The translations under genes and the position numbers were made by a program. From positions 310,001-374,000 of the IMG/VR virus record IMGVR_UViG_3300010403_000705: DNA of 64,000 nt; one strand, 5' to 3'. The notes under the pieces were generated by a model. The model was not told the origin of the DNA and searched no databases. It saw nothing but the letters and a program-made list of their open reading frames with translations. Shown piece after piece: positions 39,769 through 51,586 of the stretch (the first letter of the stretch is position 1; each line of letters opens with the position of its first letter).

Positions 39769-40761
39769 ATGCCGAACGATATCAGAATCTTCACAGGACG
39801 TTCGAATATAGATTTGTTTGATAAGTTTTTCGAATTTAATAAGTTTGATGAATTACTAGGAATCCCTAGCTCTTTAACTAAAGGTAAAGGGATTGTTACT
39901 CAATTTTCTGATGGCGAAATATTTTTCACTTGTCAAGAGTCTGTTAGAGGAATGGATTGTTATATATTACAATCTACTTGTGCCCCGCATAATGATAATA
40001 TCATGGAGCTCTGTATTATGTCAGACGCTTTAAAGAGAGCTTCAGCGGCAAGTGTAACTGCTGTAATTCCATATTTCGGATATGCTCGTCAGGATAGACA
40101 AGTAGCTCCTCGTACACCTATTACGGCTAAACTTGTTGCTGATATGATCACTACATCAGGGATAGATAGAGTTGCTATTTTAGATGTGCATTCGTCTCAA
40201 ACACAAGGTTTTTTCAACACTCCACTGTTTGATAATTTACAAGCTACTTCTTTCTTGTGCCAAGATTTAATAAAACATTATTGTAATTGGTTCCCTCATG
40301 ATGCGGTTATTGTTTCTCCTGATGTGGGTGGTGTAAAAAGAGCTCGTAATTTTTCTAAAAAACTTAATGGATGCGGATTAGCTATTATTGATAAAAGGAG
40401 AGATAAACCTAATGAGTCTGAAGTAATGAATATTATCGGAGATGTCAAGGGTAAATATTGTGTTCTTGTAGATGATATGATTGACACTGCGGGGACTCTA
40501 TGTCAAGCGGCGCAAGCTTTACAAGAAGCTGGAGCTATTAGCGTAATTGGTTGCGCTACCCATCCTATTTTGTCTGGTTCTGCTATTACAAGGATTAATG
40601 ATAGTCCACTTACAGAAGTGATAGTTTCAGACACAATACCTTTGTCTGAATCTGCCAAAAAATGCAAAAAAATCAGAACGGTATCCTGTGCAACGATGCT
40701 ACGTATTGCGATTGATAGGATTCATCGTTGCGGTTCAGTATCTGAAATTTTTGCGGAATAA
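39769..40761 (+). CDS. prs: Ribose-phosphate pyrophosphokinase
   Basis: FSDGE, PYFGYARQDR, DVH, VSPDVGGVKRA, DKRR, LVDDMIDTAGT, THPILSG. Confidence 0.95.
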   Translation: MPNDIRIFTGRSNIDLFDKFFEFNKFDELLGIPSSLTKGKGIVTQFSDGEIFFTCQESVRGMDCYILQSTCAPHNDNIMELCIMSDALKRASAASVTAVIPYFGYARQDRQVAPRTPITAKLVADMITTSGIDRVAILDVHSSQTQGFFNTPLFDNLQATSFLCQDLIKHYCNWFPHDAVIVSPDVGGVKRARNFSKKLNGCGLAIIDKRRDKPNESEVMNIIGDVKGKYCVLVDDMIDTAGTLCQAAQALQEAGAISVIGCATHPILSGSAITRINDSPLTEVIVSDTIPLSESAKKCKKIRTVSCATMLRIAIDRIHRCGSVSEIFAE

Positions 40762-41292
40762 TAATGTCTAAAATGGAAAAATCGATTTTTGAAATCGCAC
40801 TACACGAAACCATTGTATTTTCTTCTGAAGAGATTGATACTGTTATCTCATTCACGGGTAGTGGATTAAAATGGTGGTTCTCCATTGGAAAAGATAATAA
40901 ATTCTCATTATCCGATACACTAGATATCTTCAATGATGAAAATCGTGCACCCATCGCCTATGCTCGTAAATTAGCTAAAGATTGGTTTGAGTGGGAACTT
41001 AAAGAATTTGCAGCGGAATCACAGGAAGATTCGAACTTTGAATTTTCTACAAATAATGTCATACAAGAAAAGTCTACTTACCCAGCTCCTGACTCTTCAG
41101 AAAAAAATTTTCCAATTGTTGAACCCCCAGAGCTAGATGCTGACAAAAAAGATGCACATACAGAACATTGTTGCGAGCAACATCTTAATTGTAAATTTAA
41201 AAATGTTAACTGTACAGTTGTATTAGGTAAGAAGAAATCTAGTTATCCTTGTACATGCAATAAGACGCCTTATAAGATAAAGGAAATTTATT

Positions 41293-41727
41293 ATGGGTAG
41301 CAGTAATGATGTTACTGTCTTGTTTCCGGATCGCGAAAGAAAGCAAAGAACTCAACGCGGTATGCCATCTCGCTCTTATATATTACCTCCATCTTATGAG
41401 GAAATGGTAAGGAGCGCATTCAATATTTTGTTAATGGATAGGCAAGAACAGGGAAGAACAATTGTAACATTTTTTCTTGTTTCAAAAGAAAATAAACCTT
41501 TTGGATATCTAAAAATTACAGAAGATAAAGAATATCCTATTGGTCGTTCATGTGAGTCGTATAGAGCGCTTCAATATCTATATGATGATGTATGTTCTAG
41601 TGTATGGTGGTACTCGTCTCTTGAAGAATTGATAATAAAATCTGCGACGAAACCTACGGCTCGTATTAAAAACGAAACATTTATAAAACAAATAAAAGAT
41701 AATTTTCAAAAATACATTACTATATAA
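41293..41727 (+). CDS. Hypothetical protein, FP-x-RG triad member 1
   Basis: LFPDRERKQRTQRG...PPSYEE, FGYL.I, SCESY..LQ...W. Confidence 0.6.
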   Translation: MGSSNDVTVLFPDRERKQRTQRGMPSRSYILPPSYEEMVRSAFNILLMDRQEQGRTIVTFFLVSKENKPFGYLKITEDKEYPIGRSCESYRALQYLYDDVCSSVWWYSSLEELIIKSATKPTARIKNETFIKQIKDNFQKYITI

Positions 41728-41753
41728 ATCAACATTTCATTCGGAGAGTCAAA

Positions 41754-42161
41754 ATGCCTAATGTTCGTGAAGTTTTTCCAGGCTTAGAAAAGTTACGTCG
41801 TGTTAAAAGAGGTCGTCAACCACAGACAATGTGGACGCACGCCCCTAGTCTAGAAACAGTGATTCCTAAATTAGCAACCAACATTGTTGATTCTCATGTA
41901 AAAACGAGTGAAACAAATGGTGTTGTAACGGAGATGCGTCGTTACGTATTACGTAGCGGCAACAGATTTGGATATCTTTGTATTAAGACTGCTAACATAG
42001 CCTTAGCAACATGTAAATCTTATAGTGATTTTCAAAGGGTGGTTGATTCATTAGAGCAATCTATCAAGTGGTCTAATAGCTTACCTCGATTAATCGAATA
42101 CGTAACAGCACATTGCACATCACCTTCTTATATTAATCGTGTCAGTCAACTTCAAGTTTAA
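41754..42161 (+). CDS. Hypothetical protein, FP-x-RG triad member 2
   Basis: VFPGLEKLRRVKRG...APSLE, FGYL.I, CKSY..FQ...W. Confidence 0.6.
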   Translation: MPNVREVFPGLEKLRRVKRGRQPQTMWTHAPSLETVIPKLATNIVDSHVKTSETNGVVTEMRRYVLRSGNRFGYLCIKTANIALATCKSYSDFQRVVDSLEQSIKWSNSLPRLIEYVTAHCTSPSYINRVSQLQV

Positions 42162-42163
42162 TC

Positions 42164-42640
42164 ATGACGAAAAAAATATGGGATATTTTCCCTTCCTATA
42201 TTCAGAGAAAACGTGTTCAAAGAGGTGTTGAAGCAAAAGGAAAAATTCTTTCTTTACCCAGTGAAGAAGAATTATTTGCTTCTCTATCTGATGAAATGTT
42301 ATTATTACATCAAACCGTTTCTTCTGCAAATATGGATATTCTAGTCGTGTACAAAAGAGCTAACGACAATCACTATGGTTTATTAATTACTAAATGGTGT
42401 AGGTGTAGACTGTGCCTACACCCGATAATGAAGTGCAATAGTGGCGAATTACTCCAGCAATTAGTGGATCGGTACTTAGCACGCATAATTTGGTTCGACT
42501 CTTTTATAAGTCTGTATAACTCATTACCTAAATATTCTTATATAAAAGAATTTAGTCAAGTACTTGAAAAGTACGCTAATAATAATAATCTATATATTGG
42601 TTCTGTCGTGGATCCTGCTCCTCCAACCATAAGAGAATAA
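42164..42640 (+). CDS. Hypothetical protein, FP-x-RG triad member 3
   Basis: IFPSYIQRKRVQRG...LPSEEE, YGLLI, CNS...LQ...W. Confidence 0.6.
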   Translation: MTKKIWDIFPSYIQRKRVQRGVEAKGKILSLPSEEELFASLSDEMLLLHQTVSSANMDILVVYKRANDNHYGLLITKWCRCRLCLHPIMKCNSGELLQQLVDRYLARIIWFDSFISLYNSLPKYSYIKEFSQVLEKYANNNNLYIGSVVDPAPPTIRE

Positions 42641-43268
42641 TTGGGATTAAATTTTTATGTGTGTTATATACTTACAAGTTTATACATTAATTTTGAAAGA
42701 TGATTTGGTAAAACTATGAAAAATAAATTATTCAATTTTTCTCATGATATGAATATGTCAGAGAGTGATTTTAATGAAGCAATGGAAGGGCTCATTCATA
42801 AAGGTTTTGCAGAAAAAATACTGATTGATGACAAGCAATATTTTCAACTTACTCCTATGGGTGAGCTAATGAATAAACATTTGTCTCGTACATCTGTACC
42901 AGAGATTTTAAGTTAAGAGTAAAATATTTATGGTTTATATTCGTGATTTGTTAGCTTGGTTAATTACTATTGTATTTGTAGTAGCATGTATTAGAAATGT
43001 TTTTTACGATACACACATGTTGCAAGCCAAGGCACAACATGTAGCCTGTAATGAAAAAAATAATTGTAATTTACAATTAGTACAAATAATGAGAACTCCT
43101 ATTAGTAGCGAATATTCTTTTTCAAATCTAAAGGAGACGCACACAGTTACCTGTAGACGTGATTTTATTTTTTATGGTGAGTATGAATGCGTAAAATGAG
43201 AATTAAGACAATTATACATAATAAAATATTATATAATTGCGATTAAGAAAAGTTTTGGCTGGTGAAAA

Positions 43269-44048
43269 ATGAGAAATATTAGAAGCGGAGTATTTGAGAC
43301 CAACTCATCTAGTACACATAGTATTGTAATTTCTGAGAATACAAATGGAATCTTAGATACTATTGTGCCTGATGACGAGGGTGTGATTATCTTATCTGGA
43401 GGAGAATATGGATGGTCATGGGAGAAGTTTAACGATCCATTAAGTAAAGCTAACTATTGTGCTTTAGACTTACAAAAGAATCCGGCAAATATTAGGATGC
43501 TAGCGGATGTTATTACGCAACATACTGGTGCAAAAAAAGTAGTCTTCTCCCTTGAAGGATATATAGATCATCAATCTGCTGGCGCTTCAGAAACTGCATT
43601 TGTTAATTCAGAAGTATTAAAGAATTTTATTTTTAACCCTAAATCATGGTTGTTTACGGGTAATGATAATGATTATGCCCCACCTAATTTTTATGACGTA
43701 GATGATATGATTTACACACATCAATTAAGTATTAGTGGTGTTGCAGAAACTGCTAAGTTTACATCATTACCCAACATAGACACTGAAGAGTTTCAAGAAA
43801 CTATCTCTGTTTTGATAGAAAATCATCCTATTTGTAAGCATGAAAGTAATGATAGAGAACCTTATAGAATAGTGTCATGGGCACGTACAGATATTAATGG
43901 CAAACAATTTTGCTCTTGGGATTCATTAAAAGATGGTATGATTACTTTGTATAAGATTAAGACGGTTTACTCTAAGGATAAAGGAAAGTATATTGGTGAT
44001 ATGATTAAGTCATCAAAACAAATTCCATTTAAAATCGTAGAACTGTAA
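43269..44048 (+). CDS. Conserved phage hypothetical protein (FETNSSS family)
   Basis: N-terminal IRSGVFETNSSSTHS, GYIDHQS, GNDN. Confidence 0.65.
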   Translation: MRNIRSGVFETNSSSTHSIVISENTNGILDTIVPDDEGVIILSGGEYGWSWEKFNDPLSKANYCALDLQKNPANIRMLADVITQHTGAKKVVFSLEGYIDHQSAGASETAFVNSEVLKNFIFNPKSWLFTGNDNDYAPPNFYDVDDMIYTHQLSISGVAETAKFTSLPNIDTEEFQETISVLIENHPICKHESNDREPYRIVSWARTDINGKQFCSWDSLKDGMITLYKIKTVYSKDKGKYIGDMIKSSKQIPFKIVEL

Positions 44049-44418
44049 ACATATAGATAGAAATGAATGATATAATGTACAAAGTATCACCTGCTCAAAT
44101 TGGGTTGTATTATGGTAGGGGTGCACAGATTGTTCATCCAATCAAAAATGAAAAATATTTATGTCAAGCTGTAAAAACAGATAATGGAACGGTAATGATT
44201 GTAGATCGACCAGATCTACCGTACTCAATGTCCATCGAAGATCTTAGAGATATTTACGGAGGAGAAATTATTCAAATAGAAATTATGAAAGAAGTTGATC
44301 ATAACGATGCGCACTATATGCATCATGGAAATTTTCCCAAAGTAAAAAATGCACGGGCTCTTAAAAAAGTATGTAAGAAATACGATGATTATTTTAATAA
44401 TCTAGCTAAGAAGAAAAA

Positions 44419-45324
44419 ATGAAAGTTTTGTATTCTTACCAAAACGGACATACACACGTGTGTATGTTTGAAGATGGTTCCAAAGAAAGAGTTTTTAATG
44501 GACTACCTAAATTGATTCATCCTGAATCAATTGATGTTAAGATTACAGATTTTTGTGATGCTGGTTGTACTTTTTGTCACGAACAATCTACTACACAAGG
44601 TCTTCATGGTGATTTAAATAAATTATTAGAAATTTTACAACCTCTTCCTCCTGGTGTTGAAATTGCAATAGGTGGTGGCAATCCATTGTCTCATCCTGAG
44701 CTTCTTGTCTTTTTAAGAGAACTACAAGAAAAAGAATTAATAGTTAATATTACGGTTAATCAAAAACACCTTCAGCAATATAAAGATTTAATACTTTATC
44801 TTATTTCTGAAAAGTTGGTTTATGGAATTGGAATTTCCTATTCTTCTAAATCTTATATACCAGATATTATTCCAATTATTAAAGCTAGTAGTAATGTTGT
44901 TTTCCATACTATTATGGGGATAAATTCTATTTCGGATATTGATGATTTGTTAACTTTATCTCAGCAGTATAATCAAACATGTAAGATCTTAATTTTAGGA
45001 TATAAGGTTTTTGGGTTTGGAATAAATTATTATTTGAAAAATAATAAGATTGAAACTAACAAATATCAGTGGTATATCAAGCTAGCTCCTTATTTCAGGA
45101 AGCAGGGTTTAATATTATCATTTGATAACCTAGCAATTCAACAAATGAATCTACAAAGATTTTTTACTAAAACTGCTTGGTCTAAATTTTATATGGGTGA
45201 TGACTTTGTTTTTACTATGTATATTGATGCTGTGAAACAACAGTTCGCTCCTTCCAGCACTTCTACTGATAGAATATCATTTGATGATTCTTCCTTATGC
45301 ACGTTTTTTCAAAACAAGCCGTAA
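44419..45324 (+). CDS. Radical SAM protein
   Basis: CDAGCTFCHE (CX3CX2C), AIGGGNP, SFDNLA. Confidence 0.85.
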   Translation: MKVLYSYQNGHTHVCMFEDGSKERVFNGLPKLIHPESIDVKITDFCDAGCTFCHEQSTTQGLHGDLNKLLEILQPLPPGVEIAIGGGNPLSHPELLVFLRELQEKELIVNITVNQKHLQQYKDLILYLISEKLVYGIGISYSSKSYIPDIIPIIKASSNVVFHTIMGINSISDIDDLLTLSQQYNQTCKILILGYKVFGFGINYYLKNNKIETNKYQWYIKLAPYFRKQGLILSFDNLAIQQMNLQRFFTKTAWSKFYMGDDFVFTMYIDAVKQQFAPSSTSTDRISFDDSSLCTFFQNKP

Positions 45325-47008
45325 TATGATTATTAGCTTGAAGAAAAAAGTTTATTTAGCTTGCCTATTAAAAATAATAATACTTACAGCATTTGTTGGT
45401 TGTATAGGTTATATGTATCATGCTAGTTGGCAGGCGTGTGTATTGACTAGCATAATTGTACAGTTAATACAATTACCCTATAATATTAATCAATTTTATG
45501 ATTTCTTCTCAGAAAAATAACAACTTGTTAAATTATTTCTTATAGTGATCAGAATAAAAGTTAAAGAGTAATAATACTTTCCAATAGAAGATGACTCCAA
45601 TTTTAAATATACTAATTTTAAGAAATAAATACCATGAACTACAACGTTACTTTCCCAGAAAATTTAGATACTGATTTGGTAAATTTGGCTCGTAAATTAA
45701 AGACAAGTCCGGCGGATGTAATTTGTATGGCTCTTGCTTTATTAAAGCATGCATCAGATGCCGATGAAATAAAACTAATATCTAAAGGAATAGAACAGAA
45801 AGTTTTGGTTAAGTAGTCATGGAAGACCTTGATCTCAGAGAAACTAATAAAGAAGTTAAATGGGAATATTCACAAGGCGTGCATGATCGTTCGAAGTTAT
45901 GGGCAAATATTGCTAACCCATTCGCATGGTTTGTATTCAGTTTAATTAGTATGGTAATTGTTATGCCATTTATTATAATCATGGTATCATCAATTGTAAA
46001 TAAAACTGATCATATGGATGCCTTAATGAGATGGTCAACAACCGTATTAGCACCAATAGTTGGTTTTGGCTCAGCTGTTATTGGTTATTATTTCGGGGCT
46101 AGCGGTCACTCTGAAAATAGAAATAAATAATCAGATTTTATGAAGATGTTAAAATCTTCTTTCTTCAATTGACACGAATTTCAAGTCCACTAGTTTTATG
46201 TTAGCTGTAGATTCTTAGAAGAAATAAGATTAGAATTAGGTTTATCAACCATTAGTGAGTTTAGCAAACCACCCGATAATAGCGATTATTTTCAGCTAAC
46301 ACTAAACACATTAAGGTAATGTTTAATATGCTTACATTTTTTTATTTTATAATGTTTTTAATTGTATTTTTCATTCTTACTCCTTTTCTAAGAGTACGGT
46401 TTAATTTTCTCGCAGCAGAAGATGACAGAGCTGTTTGTATTATGATTTGTCTTTTTCTATCTATTTTCTGGTTACCTGTCTTAGGACTTGTCATTGCATA
46501 CATACTGATAGTTATTCCAGGTTCTTTCTTTTATAAATTATCAGAAAAAGCATGGCAACCCAAGCCTCCAGTTCCAACAAAAATCAATGAGGTTAAATCT
46601 AGTTATCGGCATATAGAACTTGAGGACGATGATGATACTTACGACCCATCACGTGAGGTATGAATGAATAAAAAGATTTTTAAAAAGGATAGACATTCTT
46701 CTCGTGAGACGGCTTTAGAAAAAATTAAGGAACGCTTCTCTAAACATGGTGCTGATAAATGTCTTATCACTTTTGCGGATAAAACATGCACTGTGCATAT
46801 TTCTAAAATGTATCACGGTTTGGGTGAAATTGTTTCATTTGCTAATATGAAATGGTTATCTGAGTTATTAGGAACTGATAATATTAATCTTTGCAATGAA
46901 TCATATACTCAAGGGTGTGAGTCTTGCGATTGGGGATCTCAACATACTGTAGATTTTGTATGTAAAGACATTTCTATTTAATTGATAGTTAAAACTATTT
47001 GGTGATTT

Positions 47009-47263
47009 ATGTTTCTTGGTGAAAATGTTATAGCACAAGTATGGAGTTTCTCTAATGAAATGAGAGAAGTTCCATATCTTATTAAAATAATTAAGCATCA
47101 TATCGCAGGGCATAAATGGGCATGTAATTGCCCTTCTTTTATGTATAGAAAAATTACTTGTAAACACATACGAGCTCTTCGTGAGTCCGCGAAAATTAGG
47201 TTTCTGTCTATAGATAAGAGATTTAACCTTTCTGATCTTGGAACAGATGTTTTATTAAGATAA
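47009..47263 (+). CDS. SWIM zinc-finger protein
   Basis: CNCPSF...CKHI. Confidence 0.7.
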   Translation: MFLGENVIAQVWSFSNEMREVPYLIKIIKHHIAGHKWACNCPSFMYRKITCKHIRALRESAKIRFLSIDKRFNLSDLGTDVLLR

Positions 47264-47547
47264 AATCAGAATATGTTCGCGGGATCGAATATTAGATACT
47301 AAAATATACTACAACAATTAATGTTTTAATTATTATTTGATTTGCTACCCATCAAATATACATATTCAAATCTGTATAGATTGTTCGTTAAATACAAGTT
47401 ATTTTTATTTATCTAGAAGTGAAATATTATAAATTTCACGATATAGATAAGGTCTCTAAAAAACTTGTTTTATTCAATGGTTGAATAAACAATAAATTAA
47501 TTAGGTAAGATCACACAGGTTAAATTGTGCGATTTTTGGAGGATATT

Positions 47548-48207
47548 ATGAAAAGTTTTATTTCTATATTGTCATTTTTTGTTTTATGTTCATGTGCTTC
47601 TGCCCAGAATGTTGATTCTGAGAATCAAGGCGGTGGAAATAATGTAAAAAACAACAATGGTTCGGGAGGTGCGGGAGGCACCTCATCATCTAGTTCCAGT
47701 AGTAATGGTGTTGGAGGAATGTCTGTTAGTTCTAACAGTTCAGGAACAGTGAGCAGTTCTAGTGGCGTAGATTTACAAAATGATCCATTTAACTGCGGAG
47801 AATTAGGGCATTGGTGTCAGCCTGTAGGTAGTAATACTAAATCTATGTGTCAAGATGGAAAATGTATATTTCAGTGCTTGAATGATTTTGTAGATTGTAA
47901 TAATAAAGAATCTGACGGTTGTGAGATTAATGTCACTAATGATCCACAAAATTGTGGATCTTGTTATAGTGTATGCTCATTACCTAATGTAAATTTTGCT
48001 TGCCAAGATGGAAAATGTGAATTTGTTTCTTGTTACCCCAACTACGCAGATTGCTATAAAGATAACTCAGTTTCAATGCTTTTAGGTTGTGAGACTAATT
48101 TATTGGTAGGTTGGAAAGTCAGCGGAAAATATCTTGATTGTGGACAATGTGGTGTCAATTGTGACTACACTTCAATTTGTACTGATGGAGTATGTGTGAA
48201 AAAATGA
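47548..48207 (+). CDS. Cys-rich lipoprotein, myxobacterial style
   Basis: GGAGG RBS; signal peptide with lipobox-like LCSC; Gly/Ser linker GSGGAGG; repeats D..NCG.CG..C and DC......GCE.N. Confidence 0.7.
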   Translation: MKSFISILSFFVLCSCASAQNVDSENQGGGNNVKNNNGSGGAGGTSSSSSSSNGVGGMSVSSNSSGTVSSSSGVDLQNDPFNCGELGHWCQPVGSNTKSMCQDGKCIFQCLNDFVDCNNKESDGCEINVTNDPQNCGSCYSVCSLPNVNFACQDGKCEFVSCYPNYADCYKDNSVSMLLGCETNLLVGWKVSGKYLDCGQCGVNCDYTSICTDGVCVKK

Positions 48208-49048
48208 GTTTTAGGGAAGAATTAACAATTAATCAACGTAAGATCAAAGATTTAGATACAAAAATATCAGATGCTAGCGAAGTAATTTACAATTTAGAAA
48301 CTATTAATTTATCTCTAAAAGCTTCTATTCTTGAAGAAGAACAGTTGTTAGCTAATTCTAAATGGTATCTAAAGGCAGGTAAAACACTGCCGTACTTAGA
48401 ATATCAGGGATCAGTCAAAGATGAATTAATGGTTAAAGTTTTTGATCTTATATGTAATGGATTTCATTGTTCTTTTTATTTTTCTGAAAAAGTGCATATG
48501 CAATTTGATGACAATAAAGTAACGCTTCAATTTGAAGATCCTAATGATATAATAAAGTTTGTTAATAAATTCAAAATTGTAATTAATGGTGATCTTATTA
48601 AGGATGCTTTGCGGCGCATAAAAAAAGATGCATTAGCTATTGAAATGATTTGTCATCAATTACAACTTAATGTGTAAAAAATAAAAATAATATGGACATT
48701 CGCATATCTTATTCACAATCACAGTTAGATAATGCTGTTGATTTCATTTCACGAAATCATCCTTCTTTCACAGACAAAGATGAAGAGATTCTTGATACCA
48801 TTAAAGAGTACATGATCAAACTGGCTCAGGATCCAGAATGTACTCATTTGTCTACTATGGGATTTACATTAATTCCAGACAGAGAATTTGAGGGTATGGA
48901 TTCGGATGAAAATGTATGCAGAGTAGAAATTTCTGTTGATCCGGCTCTTCATCTAATAAATCAATTAGATGAAGAGGATTTTCAGGATGAAGTTATCAAC
49001 GTTCCAATAAAAAGTGTGTGGTCAGAATGAGACATCAATAGAATCCTT

Positions 49049-49774
49049 ATGAATAAAGATGAAATTTTATCTAAAATAGATAAATTACTAAAATTAAGTC
49101 AGTCTTCTAATAGCAACGAAGCGGATAATGCGAAGTTATTTGCAGATAAATTAATTTCAAAATACGGTATAACAGAGGAAGAGCTAAAATTAATTGAAGA
49201 AAAAAAACCGTTATATGGGGAGAATGAAAAATTATTTCATTCCTCTGTGATAGTTGCCTGGAAAAATCAATTAGCTTTTGGTTTAGCTGTTCATTTTGGA
49301 TGTTATATTGTGCAAGAACAAACGATTCCTGCAGATGGAGAATCTGAATATGATTATTTTGTCTATGGTGACTCTGAAGATGTACAATCTGTAAAGTTAG
49401 CTTTTCTTGCTTTTGAAAATAAAATAAACAATTTGATTTCATCAAATTGTTACAATAAAGGACCAGTTTATATCTCTTCTTATTGCGAAGGCGTGGTACA
49501 AAGCATTAGATCTAATTTAGAAATAGAAGGTCTAGAGATGCCTAAAATTAATAAAAATATTATAGGTTGCGCCGACAAAATGACCGAAACACCCACAGAT
49601 AAAGTAGCACTGGCTGCTATAGATAAGGAAACAAAGGATAAACCAGTCCAAGCATCTGTAGATGTTAATAATGGTAGTATGATTAGAGATATTATGGCTT
49701 TCTTAAAAGGTTTGAAGGATGGAAAAGATGTATCTTTACAAGATACAGTAGAATCAAAAGGACATTCAATTTAA
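49049..49774 (+). CDS. DUF2786-domain protein
   Basis: IL.KI.KLL.LS.S.N.NEA..A...A.KL..KYGI. Confidence 0.75.
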   Translation: MNKDEILSKIDKLLKLSQSSNSNEADNAKLFADKLISKYGITEEELKLIEEKKPLYGENEKLFHSSVIVAWKNQLAFGLAVHFGCYIVQEQTIPADGESEYDYFVYGDSEDVQSVKLAFLAFENKINNLISSNCYNKGPVYISSYCEGVVQSIRSNLEIEGLEMPKINKNIIGCADKMTETPTDKVALAAIDKETKDKPVQASVDVNNGSMIRDIMAFLKGLKDGKDVSLQDTVESKGHSI

Positions 49775-50229
49775 AATCAAACGCCATCTATGGTGTTGTT
49801 CATCATGGATGGTGGAGGCGCTGTTAATCAATGCAGTGCCCTAGGTTTTCCAGTTCCTTAAAAACTGGAGATTTAATTATTCTATGTAGGGAGTATAAAA
49901 TGAATGATATTGTAAGTAAAATAATGAATTGTACACATAAAAATATATGTTTAAATATTACCAATTTTGTTGATTTGTTACAAGGATGTGTTAAAGAATC
50001 ATTGGGTCCTAATGGTGAAAGATTAGTTATAAAAGATGCTAGATTCATGCCTATTACTGAAAAAGAAAGTATGGAAAACGGACATTATGCGAACCTAACT
50101 AATGGAACTAAAATTTGGGTTAGTAGACATATAACCCCTAATCATTTTAGGGTAACAGATGATAATGTCAACTTCCTTGTAGGTCATCAAACAGCTGATT
50201 ATAATTTTGATACATGGAGTGATGAAAAA

Positions 50230-51003
50230 TCATTTACATAAAGAAAGTTCCCATATTTTCTTTGAAACAGATTTTCTAGATTTATTAAGATGCCTAGCTA
50301 ATTGATTTAATAATCCACGTGTTTTAGGTTTAAAATTTAGTTTTAAGTATTTTATTTGCTCCTGCGTCCATCTATTTTGGGCGGGAACATAAAAATTAGA
50401 AAAGAAAATTTCTTTCTTACGCTCAAGAGAAAATGCACCAGAAGAATAAAGTATATTGCGAATAGCTATTGCTGATTGGCATTCTGCTTCCCAATTGTAT
50501 AAGGCACTTTTTCCCTTTTGGTTGCGCTTACGCAATCTTCCTAATTTTACTTTGTTATATATTTCACTTAAGAAAATTTTGGAAGCTGAACATATTCCAA
50601 ATGTAATTGTATTACGTCTGCAATATACCCATCCATCTCCATCGAATAGACCTCTTATGTAATCTCCTAAATATGGAGGAGGAATTTCAAAATCTAATCT
50701 AATTATTTGTGTTTTATTCGGAATTACATTAAATAATTCTAATGATTTAACTAGTTGTTTAGAATTAATTCTTAATCTTTTGTATTCTTTATTTTTCTTT
50801 TTAGTATTTTCTATTATAGAATCTGGAGATATTTGTTGTTTTATAAATTCTAATATTTCAATATCTTTTGATTGTAATTCAATAGATAACGAATATTTAT
50901 AAATATTTCCATCTGCTGATATGAAGCCAAGAATGTATGCCATTTCGTGACTCCAAGTTTTAAAATAATCTTCTTTAACATAATAAATTCTTTTTCCGAC
51001 CAT
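50230..51003 (-). mobile_element. Free-standing LAGLIDADG homing endonuclease
   Basis: AYILGFISADG and YIRGLFDGDG motifs; the only convincing minus-strand gene; very AT-rich. Confidence 0.85.
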
Positions 51004-51586
51004 GACAAATCTCATTAAATTAAAATTATTAGAAAAAAATATTTCTAGTTGTAAAAAATGCGACTTACATAAAACTCGCAAACAAACTGTTTTCTCCCGT
51101 GGAAATCCAGAATCTTATATAACGATTATTGGAGAATCCGGAGGTGAAAAAGAAGATGAAATTGGTCTACCATTTGTTGGCTTATCTGGGCAACTATTAG
51201 ATAAAGCGATAAAAGAAGTAGGATCTGATCTTTTATCAAATGCTTATATATGTAATATAATAAAATGTAGACCGCCTAATAATAGAACACCTACTGATGA
51301 TGAAATAAATTGTTGTTATAACTGGTTAGAAGAACAAATACAAAATACAAATACTAAAATAATTATTACATTAGGAAATACTGCTACACAGACTATTACC
51401 AATACACCTTTTGGTATTTCTAAAGTAAGAGGTAAGATTTTAAGATATGGTAAGATATTAGTGATACCATCTTATCACCCATCGTATATCCTCCGTTGTG
51501 GAGGCATAGGATCTAGCAGTTATAAAGATTTGTTAAACGATATCAGTTTAGCAGTTGAAAAATTAAAAGAAATAGAGAAAAAATGA
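51002..51586 (+). CDS. udg: Uracil-DNA glycosylase family 4 (Fe-S)
   Basis: CKKCDL, GE..G..ED..G.PFVG.SG, N.IKCRPP.NR.P, YHPSY. Confidence 0.9.
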   Translation: MTNLIKLKLLEKNISSCKKCDLHKTRKQTVFSRGNPESYITIIGESGGEKEDEIGLPFVGLSGQLLDKAIKEVGSDLLSNAYICNIIKCRPPNNRTPTDDEINCCYNWLEEQIQNTNTKIIITLGNTATQTITNTPFGISKVRGKILRYGKILVIPSYHPSYILRCGGIGSSSYKDLLNDISLAVEKLKEIEKK

